Shown piece by piece: positions 47,395-63,091 of a DNA stretch of 64,000 nt. Source of the stretch: Eubacteriales bacterium (GTDB lineage Bacteria; Bacillota; Clostridia; Christensenellales; Aristaeellaceae); the NCBI GenBank assembly GCA_031552735.1, contig JAVBMF010000026.1, forward strand, positions 747 through 64,746. The letters run 5' to 3'. Every line of letters starts with the position of its first letter. Within the stretch, counting starts at the first letter, position 1. The translations under genes and the position numbers were made by a program. Below the pieces are notes generated by a model. The model made no database searches and was not told where the DNA came from. It saw only the letters and a program-made list of their open reading frames with translations.

Positions 47395-48165
47395 ATGACA
47401 TCCATACCGCAATTTTTCGCGCATGATTCCCAGTTTCTCCCCGGCATGGGCATCCCCAATTTCAGCCCGACGCATCTGACCTATCTGGCGATTGTGCTGG
47501 TGTTCATCCTGTGCTTTGCGTGCGCGTTTCGCGCATGGTCCAAACCGGCGCAAGAACGAACCATCCGCGCCATGGCAGTCGCGCTGATTGCGCTGGAGCT
47601 GATCCGCATGGGTTGGGGGGGCGCCATCGGCCACTTTGATCCGACCCAGATGCTGCCGCTGCATCTGTGCGGCATCATGGTGTTTGCGATCCCAATCGCA
47701 GTGTTTTCAAAAAACCCGCTGGCGCAGCAGTTCGCGTATTGCGGGGTGTCCGGCGCGTTGATTGCGCTGATCACGCCGGATGGCAGAAATTATCCGCTGT
47801 GGCATATCCAGACGTTGCAGTCGATCTGCACGCACACGCTGATTGTGCTGGTTCCGATCCTGATGCTGGTTGCCGGGCAGTTCCGGCCGCAGATCAAGTG
47901 GCTGCCCGCGTGCTTTGGGCTGCTGGTTTGCGTTGCTTTTCTCGATGGCATCATCAACACGCTGATCGGCAGCAACTATTTGTTCATTTGTCAGGCGCCG
48001 CCCGCGACGCCCGCCGCGATCTATGAGCAGTGGGTCGGCAGGCCGTGGTACGTCGGGTTGCTGCTGCTGACGGTGTTTGCCGTGTGGACACTGATGTATG
48101 TGCCGTGGGAACTGGCGAGCAAAAAGCAGACCGCGCAAGCGCCCGAGGCGGAGCAAACGACATAA
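47395..48165 (+). CDS. TIGR02206/YwaF-like integral membrane protein
   Basis: It has ~7 TM helices and the conserved MLPLHLCG motif. ATG 47395 follows GAGGAG. An extended -10 TGGTACAAT is at 47343-47351. Confidence 0.55.
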   Translation: MTSIPQFFAHDSQFLPGMGIPNFSPTHLTYLAIVLVFILCFACAFRAWSKPAQERTIRAMAVALIALELIRMGWGGAIGHFDPTQMLPLHLCGIMVFAIPIAVFSKNPLAQQFAYCGVSGALIALITPDGRNYPLWHIQTLQSICTHTLIVLVPILMLVAGQFRPQIKWLPACFGLLVCVAFLDGIINTLIGSNYLFICQAPPATPAAIYEQWVGRPWYVGLLLLTVFAVWTLMYVPWELASKKQTAQAPEAEQTT

Positions 48166-48227
48166 ACTTTCGGCATGTTCTGCCGCACTGCTGCGCACAC
48201 TACGCGCACAGTGAAAGGAGAATGTGC

Positions 48228-49274
48228 ATGCGAAACGTGATTCTGTGCCTCTTTTTGGCCTGCGCGCTCGTGCTGAGCGGCTGTGCCACCAACAACCAAA
48301 GCGGGGGCGGCGGACAGCCACTGCTGCCCAGTGCCGACAAAAGCCCGATGCCTACGCTGGGCGCGAAGGGCACCGGTGGCCCGAGCAGTGAAGAGCGACC
48401 GATCAACGAACAGGTGCAGTTGCCCGAGAAACTCCGCAAGGGCGCGAATGGTGAGCCCGAGCTGACGGTGTATGTGACCGGCAAAAAGCAGCTGGAGGAC
48501 ATGTCGCTGGAGAAGTATCTGGAGGGTGTGCTGGCCGGAGAGATGAAAAATGATTGGCCGCTGGAGGCGCTCAAGGCGCAGGCCATCCTTGCCAGAACCT
48601 TTGTACTCCGCTTTCTGGAGGAAAAAGATTCGAAGTACCCCGGCGCCGATGTATCAACCGATATTGAGGAGGCGCAGGCCTACGATGCGTCGGGCGTCAA
48701 CGACCGTATCCGCGACGCGGTAAAGCAGACGCGCGGTGTTGTGCTGCTGGCCGACGGCGAGTTCCCGTTTAGCTGGTTTCATGCGCACTCCGGCGGCATC
48801 ACCGCCCAAGCAAAGGAAGGCCTGGAATACGAGAAGGATGAACCTGCTTACATCCACAGCGTGAAAGGCATGGAGGGCGATCAGGCGCCTGCGGATGTTG
48901 CCAAGTGGAGCGCCAGCTTTTCTGCGGACGAGGTGATGAAGGTCGCCGCAAAACTGGGCGCGAAGGGTGGCGCGCTAGATAGCATCCAGATCGGACAGCG
49001 GGGCGCATCCGGCCGCGCGACCACCATCGTGATCAACGGCAACAGCGTACCCGCCGCGTCCTTCCGCATCGCGTTGGGCAGCACCAAGATGAAATCGACC
49101 CTGTTGGATGAAATCACGCTTTCCGGCGGGCAGGTCAAGATCAGCGGCCGTGGCTATGGGCATGGTGTGGGCATGTCGCAGTGGGGCGCGTATACGCTGG
49201 CGCAGCAGGGCTACGGCGCGGATCAGATTGTGCAGTATTACTTCAACAAGGTGCAAGTGGACAGGTTGTGGTAA
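48228..49274 (+). CDS. spoIID: SpoIID/LytB-domain lipoprotein (stage II sporulation protein D-like)
   Basis: It has the lipobox LSGC. The SpoIID motifs are LEEYLKGVL-like YLEGVLAGEM, ALKAQAILARTF, WFHAHSGG and GYGHGVGMSQWGA. AAAGGAG lies 7 nt before ATG 48228. Confidence 0.85.
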   Translation: MRNVILCLFLACALVLSGCATNNQSGGGGQPLLPSADKSPMPTLGAKGTGGPSSEERPINEQVQLPEKLRKGANGEPELTVYVTGKKQLEDMSLEKYLEGVLAGEMKNDWPLEALKAQAILARTFVLRFLEEKDSKYPGADVSTDIEEAQAYDASGVNDRIRDAVKQTRGVVLLADGEFPFSWFHAHSGGITAQAKEGLEYEKDEPAYIHSVKGMEGDQAPADVAKWSASFSADEVMKVAAKLGAKGGALDSIQIGQRGASGRATTIVINGNSVPAASFRIALGSTKMKSTLLDEITLSGGQVKISGRGYGHGVGMSQWGAYTLAQQGYGADQIVQYYFNKVQVDRLW

Positions 49275-49275
49275 C

Positions 49276-49311
49276 AAAAGGGCTGGCGCATTGCTGCGTC
49301 AGCCCTTTTTT
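49276..49311. terminator. Bidirectional terminator between spoIID and the convergent LtaS-like gene
   Basis: AAAAGGGCTG...CAGCCCTTTTTT with an internal GCGCA/TGCGT extension. Confidence 0.8.
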
Positions 49312-49329
49312 GTGCGTCTCATTTCGCGC

Positions 49330-51057
49330 CTAAATATCCGGATCGGCAAATTCGATATCTTCAATTTTCTCCCAGTTGTCAAAGTTTTCCGCATAATCGT
49401 GGATCTCGAAGTGCTCCAGATAACACCGCTGTCCACCCGGGCGCTGTTCATCGACACGGTAATAAAAATCGCGCACAGTGCCGTCACCCTCCGCCACATC
49501 CGCGACAGGACGGCCGAAGGGTGCGGGGTCCAGCCCGGCTGCCTGTATTAGCGTCGCCTGGAGGTTGGCATGCGAGACCGGCGCGTCGGAATAATCCATC
49601 GGCACACCGGCGCTGCCCTTGGGCTTGTAGAAGAACGCGGTGGTTTTATAGGTGTCCAGCGGCGTATAGGTGTCGGTTTCACCATGGTCGCCGGTGATGA
49701 TGATGGTGGCGTCGTCATAGAGACCGAGCGCTTTCATCTGATTAAAGTATTCGCGCAGGATGTGGAAGCAGCCGCGCGTTTGCGTATACTCGTCGCTTTC
49801 GGTTTGCGGCACGAGTTCGGCTTCATCGGAAAGCTCAAAAGCGGGATGGCTGCCGTTGAGGTGCAGGAACATGAAGTTGCTTTTCTCACCCTGTGTGGTC
49901 AGCCGGTTGTTCAGCAGTCCCTGATAGAAGCGGTAATCGTACATCTGGTAGGGGCCTTGGCCGACGGGCATTTGGCGCAGGGCATCAAATGCGTTGCTCG
50001 GCAGCCAAAAGGAGGCCTTGAGCGCATGCGGCACGAACCGGTTGGCAGACAACAGCGACATCTGTCGCATCAGCAGCGGTATATCCAGCGCCACGCTGCC
50101 CGGGTCGATGTTGTCGGCTAGGGAGGCGATCTGCGATATATCGCCGTAACTGTATTTCTCTTGGATGTAGAGCTTGGTGGTGTAGCCCGCGGCGCGCAAC
50201 GCGGGTAAAAACGGAGACTCGGCATACGCCTGCTGCATATACGCGGAAGGCGGCATGTCAAAAAAGCAAAGCTTGCCGGTGAGCATGTAAGGCACGGAGG
50301 GAAACGTGCGCGAGTACATCGAGGTGTTGTCCCGATAATACGTGAACCCATCCAGATCATCGAAGTAGTCCGCGCCGTCGTTGATGATGCCATCGACATA
50401 CAGCGCGTCAAACCGATCCAGCACGAACACCAGGATGTTGTCCTTGGTGGATACCTCGTAGAGCCCTTGCTCGGAAAGGAAGCCCTTTCGCGCCAGAAAA
50501 ACATCCTTGTCAGCGGTGGCCAGCGCGCCGACCAGCCCGGCGAGCTGCATGCCGATGAGAAGCAGCGGCACAAAGCGCAGCGCATAGCGCCACACCCGCC
50601 GCGAAAGCCACAGCAGGACCAGCGGCGCGAGGAGCAGCGCCTGCCACAGCAGCAGATTCAGTACCGCGTGGGTGCGGTGGGCTTCCCACTGCACCGCGTT
50701 GCCGTTGAGCTGACCAAGCGGCAAGTTGAGGAACGTGCCCTGTAAATAGCCCGCCACCAGCACGCCCAGCAGCAGCGACAACGCGATGTCCAGCAGCTTG
50801 CCGCGCAGCAGCGCCAGCACCGCGCACAGCAACAGCAGCGAGGCAAGCCAGGTCAGCGCGAACGGGCCGATGACCTCGCTGAGGAACAGCGGCATGGAGT
50901 TGTGATTGCGCAGAAACAAGTCCAGCATGCCGAACAGGGTGAAGGTGAGCGTAGCGCCCAAGGCGACCGGCAGAATCAGCGCCAAACGCGCGCGAAAAGG
51001 GCGCGCGTCTTGCCAGAGGTTGCGCGCGGAGGAGACGGGCGGGCGCGGCATGGACAT
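49330..51057 (-). CDS. LTA-synthase/sulfatase-family (alkaline-phosphatase superfamily) membrane protein, paralogue 1
   Basis: It has ~5 N-terminal TM helices and an extracytoplasmic domain with NILVFVLDRFD, HLNGSHPAF and IIITGDHGE. GGAGG lies 9 nt before ATG 51057. Confidence 0.8.
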   Translation of the reverse strand: MSMPRPPVSSARNLWQDARPFRARLALILPVALGATLTFTLFGMLDLFLRNHNSMPLFLSEVIGPFALTWLASLLLLCAVLALLRGKLLDIALSLLLGVLVAGYLQGTFLNLPLGQLNGNAVQWEAHRTHAVLNLLLWQALLLAPLVLLWLSRRVWRYALRFVPLLLIGMQLAGLVGALATADKDVFLARKGFLSEQGLYEVSTKDNILVFVLDRFDALYVDGIINDGADYFDDLDGFTYYRDNTSMYSRTFPSVPYMLTGKLCFFDMPPSAYMQQAYAESPFLPALRAAGYTTKLYIQEKYSYGDISQIASLADNIDPGSVALDIPLLMRQMSLLSANRFVPHALKASFWLPSNAFDALRQMPVGQGPYQMYDYRFYQGLLNNRLTTQGEKSNFMFLHLNGSHPAFELSDEAELVPQTESDEYTQTRGCFHILREYFNQMKALGLYDDATIIITGDHGETDTYTPLDTYKTTAFFYKPKGSAGVPMDYSDAPVSHANLQATLIQAAGLDPAPFGRPVADVAEGDGTVRDFYYRVDEQRPGGQRCYLEHFEIHDYAENFDNWEKIEDIEFADPDI

Positions 51058-51091
51058 CGGTGCGCACCTCCTAGCGATTTTGGGTCGGCGA

Positions 51092-52810
51092 TCAGCCGTC
51101 CGGATACGTCATGTCGATTTCTTCGATCTTGGTCCAGTTATCAAAATTTTCGGCATAATCGTGTATTTCGTAGCGTTCGAGGTAATGGCGGCGGTTTGGC
51201 GGCCAGATATCGACACGATGAAAGTGCGTGCGCACGACCGGATCGCCCTCGGCAAGGTCTTCAAACGGAACGCCGAACGGTTCCGGATCAAGGTCGGCTG
51301 CAAGGGCAATGGTGGCTTGGAAATTCTCCAGCGAGGTCGGCGCGTCGGAATAGTCCAGCGGCACATTGGCGCTGCCGCGGGGCTTTACAAACAGCGCGGT
51401 GGTGCGGAAGGTGTCCAGCGGACGCTCGTTTTCCGCGTTTTCGTGGTCGCCCAGGATGAGGATGGTGGCGTCCTCGTAAACGCCGAGGTCTTTCATGCGC
51501 TGAAAGTACTCGCGCAGAATATGGAAGCAGCCCATGGTCTGCTTGATTTCGTTGGCTTCGTCCTCGCTGATGGGCTTTGCCTGCGCATCCATCAGATAGG
51601 GCGTGTGGCTGCCGTGCATGTGAATATAGGTGAAGTTGTTGTGGTCGGACTGCGTGGTCAGACCGAGCGAGAGCAGGCGATCATACAGACGCATGTCGTC
51701 CAGTTTGTAGGGTTTTTGTCCTGCCAGCAATTCCAGCACGTCGTCCATGACGTTGCTGGGCAGCCAGAAGGTTGCCTTCAGCGCGTGCGGCACATAGCGG
51801 CAGGCTGACAACAGCGACATTTGCTTGATGACTTCGCTGGTGCGCAGTTTGACGCTGCCGCTGCGGATGTTGTCGGCCACGCCGGAAAGCTGCTCGACAT
51901 CGGTATACGTGTAGCCCGACTGGATGTAGAGCTTGGTGGTGTAGTCTTGCTCGCGCAGTGCTTTTAGCAGCGCGGAATCCTGATACGCCTTGAAATACTC
52001 GTTGGCGTGCAGGTTGAAATCGGCGGGCTTACCGGTGAGCATATAGGGGATAGAGGGATAGGTTTGCGTATAGACCGAAACGTTGTCGCGGTAGTAGGTG
52101 AAGCCTTCCAAGTCATCAAAGTAATCTTCCTGCTGGTTAAAGATGTCGTCGATATAGGAGCCGTCCATGCGGTCAATCACAAAGACCAATATGTTGTCTT
52201 TGGTGGACAGTTCGAACATGCCGTCCTCTGACAAATAACTTGAACGGGTAGAGGGTTCGGCACTGGCGGCAACCAGCGAGCTGACCAGCGAGGTGAGCTG
52301 CATGGCGACCAGCAGCAGCGGCACAAAAAGCAGCGCGCGACGCCACCACTTCGGCGTCCAGGCAAGCAGCAGAAAGGGCAGCGTGATCAGCGCATACCAA
52401 ATGAGCAGATTGGTCACCGCGTGCGTGCGGTACTTGTCCCACGCGATGGTCGCGCCGGTCAACTGGCCCAGCGAAAGGTTGAGGAACGTGCCTTGCAAAT
52501 AGCCGGCAAGCAGCAGCCCGAATAGCAGCGACAGCGCGACATTGAGCACACGGCCGCGCAGCAGCATCAGCACCGCGCTGAGCAGCGTGAATACGCCCAG
52601 CCACAGCAGCAGGACGGGGCTGATGATTTCCGTCAAATAAAACGACATAACGTTGCGGTTGTTGAAAAACAGGTCCAACATGCCGAACAGGATGAATGTG
52701 AACGAGCAGCCCAGCGTGACCGAGAGCACCAGCATCAGGCGCTGTTTCAGCGAACGATCGTCCTGCCAGAGCGCATGCCCAAACGAATGCGGCTTTGTTT
52801 GTGTGGACAA
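51092..52810 (-). CDS. LTA-synthase/sulfatase-family membrane protein, paralogue 2
   Basis: It is collinear with paralogue 1 (LFGMLDLF, LAGYLQGTFLNL, STKDNILVFVIDR, HMHGSHTPY, ILILGDHEN, C-terminal ENFDNWTKIEEI). I infer the start at TTG 52810, with GGGGAG 7 nt upstream and by alignment with paralogue 1. The longer tracked ORF (to 52891) is unsupported. Confidence 0.75.
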   Translation of the reverse strand: MSTQTKPHSFGHALWQDDRSLKQRLMLVLSVTLGCSFTFILFGMLDLFFNNRNVMSFYLTEIISPVLLLWLGVFTLLSAVLMLLRGRVLNVALSLLFGLLLAGYLQGTFLNLSLGQLTGATIAWDKYRTHAVTNLLIWYALITLPFLLLAWTPKWWRRALLFVPLLLVAMQLTSLVSSLVAASAEPSTRSSYLSEDGMFELSTKDNILVFVIDRMDGSYIDDIFNQQEDYFDDLEGFTYYRDNVSVYTQTYPSIPYMLTGKPADFNLHANEYFKAYQDSALLKALREQDYTTKLYIQSGYTYTDVEQLSGVADNIRSGSVKLRTSEVIKQMSLLSACRYVPHALKATFWLPSNVMDDVLELLAGQKPYKLDDMRLYDRLLSLGLTTQSDHNNFTYIHMHGSHTPYLMDAQAKPISEDEANEIKQTMGCFHILREYFQRMKDLGVYEDATILILGDHENAENERPLDTFRTTALFVKPRGSANVPLDYSDAPTSLENFQATIALAADLDPEPFGVPFEDLAEGDPVVRTHFHRVDIWPPNRRHYLERYEIHDYAENFDNWTKIEEIDMTYPDG

Positions 52811-52892
52811 AGAAGTTCTCCCCTTCTGGTGTATAAATGCACAGCATAGTGTAAGCCAACATATATTACCACAAAACAGCGCGTGCGGCAAA

Positions 52893-52924
52893 GCAAAAAG
52901 CGCGAAACGGTGACGCTTCGCGCT
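52893..52924 (-). terminator. Rho-independent terminator of aqpZ
   Basis: On the minus strand: AGCGCGAA-loop-TTCGCGCT followed by TTTTTGCTTTG. Confidence 0.7.
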
Positions 52925-52941
52925 TGCGTGAGAAAAACGCT

Positions 52942-53631
52942 TTACTTGGTCTTTTTCGCCTCGGCCTTCTTATAGAGGAAGCTATGCGCGCATGCCGCCA
53001 GCGCCGCGCCGACCAGCGGCCCGACAATGAACACCCACACATTGGCCAGCGCCTGTCCGCCGACAAACAGCGCGGGGCCGATGCTGCGGGCAGGATTGAC
53101 CGACGTGCCGGTCAGCGGGATGCCGACGATGTGCACAAACGCCAGCGTCAGGCCAATGACGATGCCCGCCACCGAGCCCTTGCCCTCATCGGAGGTGACG
53201 CCCAGAATGGTGAACACGAAGATGGCGGTCAGGATAACCTCGATGATCAGCGAGCCCGCGATGCCCATCGCGGCGACGCCGTTGGTACCCAAGCCGCCGG
53301 TCAAATCCGGCATGCCGGTCTTGGTCAGCGCGAAGAGGATGCCGCCGCCTGCGGTCGCACCCAGCACCTGCGCCACAACATAGCCGCAGAAGTCCTTGAC
53401 GCTCATCTTGCCCTTTAGCAGCACCGCCAGCGACACCGCCGGATTGATGTGGCAACCGGACACATTGCCGATGACATAAGCCATCGCGACAATCGACAGG
53501 CCGAACGCCAGCGCCACGGCAAGGTGGCCGCCCGCCGGATCGCAGCCCAGCACCATCGCGCTGCCACAACCCATGAATACCAGTACCAAAGTGCCCAGAA
53601 ATTCCGCCGCGTACTTTTTGAAGCCGTTCAT
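52942..53631 (-). CDS. aqpZ: Aquaporin Z / MIP-family channel
   Basis: It has two NPA boxes (HINPAVSLA, SVNPARSIG) and six TM helices. I prefer ATG 53631 (MNGFKKY...) over ATG 53646. Confidence 0.9.
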   Translation of the reverse strand: MNGFKKYAAEFLGTLVLVFMGCGSAMVLGCDPAGGHLAVALAFGLSIVAMAYVIGNVSGCHINPAVSLAVLLKGKMSVKDFCGYVVAQVLGATAGGGILFALTKTGMPDLTGGLGTNGVAAMGIAGSLIIEVILTAIFVFTILGVTSDEGKGSVAGIVIGLTLAFVHIVGIPLTGTSVNPARSIGPALFVGGQALANVWVFIVGPLVGAALAACAHSFLYKKAEAKKTK

Positions 53632-53755
53632 GTGTATACACCCCATCCTTTATCAATTCCACCCGATATTATACAAAAAAATCCAAGGAATGCAAGCCGT
53701 GCGCGGCATGTGCCGCGATATAAAAGAAAAACGTGTGCAAATGCACACGAAAGGT

Positions 53756-53784
53756 TGACAACAGGCTGGGTGCATGATAGACTT
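53756..53784 (+). promoter_or_regulatory. Sigma-A promoter dedicated to rpoBC
   Basis: TTGACA (53756-53761), a 17-nt spacer, then TAGACT (53779-53784), leaving a ~150-nt leader before rpoB. Confidence 0.6.
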
Positions 53785-53941
53785 ATATCTTGCATCAGTA
53801 TGCTACATTGTGCCAACTATCCCCATTTTTCGTTGTTGTTGAATCCATTGTACACCGTATATTGTGGTTTGGCAATGGGGAAAATAGGGAGAATCGCGCA
53901 AGCGGTCCGGTGCTTCAAGAGAATAAGGGGTGATGGCGTTC

Positions 53942-57628
<3,687 letters not shown>

Positions 57629-57648
57629 GTGCGGCCGCCAATGCGCAC

Positions 57649-57740
57649 CCATCTGCGGTGTCGGCGCGGCGCTGGGATTGTCGGCGTATGACACGATACG
57701 CCTCCGCACCCAGCCCCACGCCTCCTAGCATCTGGGCACG
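57649..57740 (+). repeat. Copy B of the dispersed structured repeat, inside the rpoB-rpoC spacer
   Basis: It has CCATCTGCGGTGTC, ATTGTCGGCGTAT-GACACG-ATACGCCTCC and CCTCCTAGCATCTGGGCA. The outer stem GCTGGG/CCCAGC is at 57671-57676/57709-57714. Confidence 0.8.
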
Positions 57741-57802
57741 CCTTGGCAGCCTTGGTCGGACGGCTACTACAGCATGGACGTATAAGAGGAGAGTGTTTCC
57801 TT

Positions 57803-61342
<3,540 letters not shown>

Positions 61343-61350
61343 CCAACGCG

Positions 61351-61580
61351 CCATCTGCCGCACAGGGCGGTGTCGCCCAACGCGCAAAGTCGGTCACGTA
61401 TTACGACATACGCTCCCTCCTTTGCGTGATAGGCTCCTACCCCTGCACGGCATCTGACACGTTGGCGCACCATCTGCCGCACAGGGCGGTGTCGCCCAAC
61501 GCGCAAAGTCGGTCACGTATTACGACATACGCTCCCTCCTTTGCGCGCGGGGCTCCTACCCCTGCACGGCATCTGACATA
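61351..61580 (+). repeat. Tandem duplication (2 x ~119 nt) of a divergent member of the structured repeat family, directly after the rpoC stop
   Basis: Units start at 61351 and 61470. They are identical except for ~4 positions (TGCGTGATAGG vs TGCGCGCGGGG) and the unit tails. Each unit has the hairpins GGGCG/CGCCC, CGCAAAG/CTTTGCG enclosing CGTAT-TACGAC-ATACG, and starts and ends with CATCTG. Confidence 0.9.
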
Positions 61581-61653
61581 TTGATGCGGGGTGCGCCGCA
61601 TGGGGTACGAGGACCCGAACACCGCCGCCAATTGGCAAATGCAACAAATTGGA

Positions 61654-61682
61654 TTGACACTCGCGTGGCGCAATGCTATGAT
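61654..61682 (+). promoter_or_regulatory. Sigma-A promoter of the L7Ae-rpsL-rpsG-fusA (str) operon
   Basis: TTGACA (61654-61659), a 17-nt spacer, then TATGAT (61677-61682). Confidence 0.6.
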
Positions 61683-61717
61683 ATAGCGGTTGCCCTATCG
61701 AAAGGGAGGATGACGCG

Positions 61718-61963
61718 ATGCTCACACCGCTTCGCCAGGCCACGGCGCGTGCCGTGGGCGTCAAGCAAGTGCTTCGCGCCATTCAGGAAGGCAAGGTGGA
61801 GCAGGCTTTTGTGGCCGCCGATGCCGACCGCTTCCTCACCAAGCGCGTGATGGACGCTTGCGCTGCAGCCAATATCCCCTGCATCGACGCCGCGTCGTCC
61901 AAGGAAATTGGACTGGCCTGCGGCATCGACGTGAGCGCTGCCGCCGCTGCGGCGCTGCGCTGA
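61718..61963 (+). CDS. Ribosomal protein L7Ae-family protein (YbxF/RplGB-like)
   Basis: 81 aa with VGVKQVLRAIQEGKVEQAFVAADAD... and IPCIDAASSKEIGLACGIDVSAA. It sits between rpoC and rpsL, as in Bacillus. AAGGGAGG is the RBS. Confidence 0.85.
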   Translation: MLTPLRQATARAVGVKQVLRAIQEGKVEQAFVAADADRFLTKRVMDACAAANIPCIDAASSKEIGLACGIDVSAAAAAALR

Positions 61964-62053
61964 TTCCCCACACTATGCATCCGCGAGGGTTGCGCGGGTA
62001 CTATAGAAACCGCAAAAAATTCGCAATGTACCATTACATCAGGAGGTGCTTCC

Positions 62054-62428
62054 ATGCCCACGATCAATCAATTGATCCGTACGGGACGGGAAAAAAGAAC
62101 ATCGAAATCAAATTCTCCGATTCTGCAAAACTGCCCGCAGAAGCGCGGCGTTTGCCTGTCGGTGAAAACCACGACCCCCAAGAAGCCGAATTCGGCGCTG
62201 CGCAAGATCGCCAGAGTCCGTCTGACGAACTTGATCGAGGGTACGTGCTATATCCCCGGCATCGGCCACAACTTGCAGGAGCACTCCGTCGTGCTGATTC
62301 GCGGCGGCAAGGTGCGCGACCTGCCCGGCGTGCGTTACCACATCATCCGTGGCGCGCTGGACGCCGCTGGCGTCGCCAAGCGTATGCAGGCTCGCTCTCT
62401 CTATGGTGCGAAACGCCCCAAGAAGTAA
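62054..62428 (+). CDS. rpsL: 30S ribosomal protein S12
   Basis: [14 protein letters not shown]...[18 protein letters not shown]...; 124 aa. Confidence 0.98.
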   Translation: MPTINQLIRTGREKRTSKSNSPILQNCPQKRGVCLSVKTTTPKKPNSALRKIARVRLTNLIEGTCYIPGIGHNLQEHSVVLIRGGKVRDLPGVRYHIIRGALDAAGVAKRMQARSLYGAKRPKK

Positions 62429-62620
62429 TCCGCGCATCGTAAGCACATCCCATTGGCGCGGCGCATGGCCTCGGCTCGTTGGAACGGCGAACCGGTCGGT
62501 CCACCGCGGCGCAGGGGGAGATTCCCGATAGGGAGGCCGCATCATGCTGAGGTGCGGCGCACGCGGGGCCACGTTACTTTACACTTTTTGATTGTTTTCA
62601 CACGAAGGGAGATTTGAACT

Positions 62621-63091
62621 ATGCCCAGACGTGGATTTATTCCCAAGCGCGAGGTGCTGCCCGATCCCGTGTACAGCACCACGGTGGTGACCAAACTGAT
62701 CAATCAGATCATGCTCGACGGCAAGCGCGGCATCGCGCAGGCCGTGTGCTATGATGCCTTTGAGGCGATCAAGGCCAAGACCGAGAAGGACCCGCTGGAG
62801 GTTTTCACCGCCGGGCTGAATAACATTCTGCCCGCGCTGGAAGTCAAGGCCCGCCGCGTCGGCGGCGCCACCTACCAGGTCCCGATCGAGATTCGCCCGG
62901 AGCGCCGCCAGACCTTGGCGCTGCGCTGGCTGGTGGAGTTCGCCCGCAAGCGTGGCGAGAAGACCATGAGCGAGCGGTTGGCCGGTGAGATTCTGGACGC
63001 TTCGAACAACGCGGGCAACGCGGTCAAGCGTAAGGAAGAAATGCACCGCATGGCGGAGGCGAATAAGGCCTTTGCTCACTATCGCTGGTAA
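62621..63091 (+). CDS. rpsG: 30S ribosomal protein S7
   Basis: [40 protein letters not shown]...; 156 aa. Confidence 0.98.
   Translation: MPRRGFIPKREVLPDPVYSTTVVTKLINQIMLDGKRGIAQAVCYDAFEAIKAKTEKDPLEVFTAGLNNILPALEVKARRVGGATYQVPIEIRPERRQTLALRWLVEFARKRGEKTMSERLAGEILDASNNAGNAVKRKEEMHRMAEANKAFAHYRW

Noticed and set aside
53733-53750. Palindrome CGTGTGC-AAAT-GCACACG as a minus-strand terminator (a T-run follows on the minus strand).
   Set aside because: No minus-strand gene ends upstream of it. It lies just upstream of the rpoB -35 box, so a regulatory or insulating role is more plausible. It is reported only within the rpoB leader finding.
61351-61580. Tandem repeats considered as a CRISPR array, or as two small duplicated ORFs (MRVGRHRPVRQM...).
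   Set aside because: There are only two units with no unique spacers and no cas genes. The duplicated ORFs are on the antisense strand, overlap the rpoC end, and lack an RBS.
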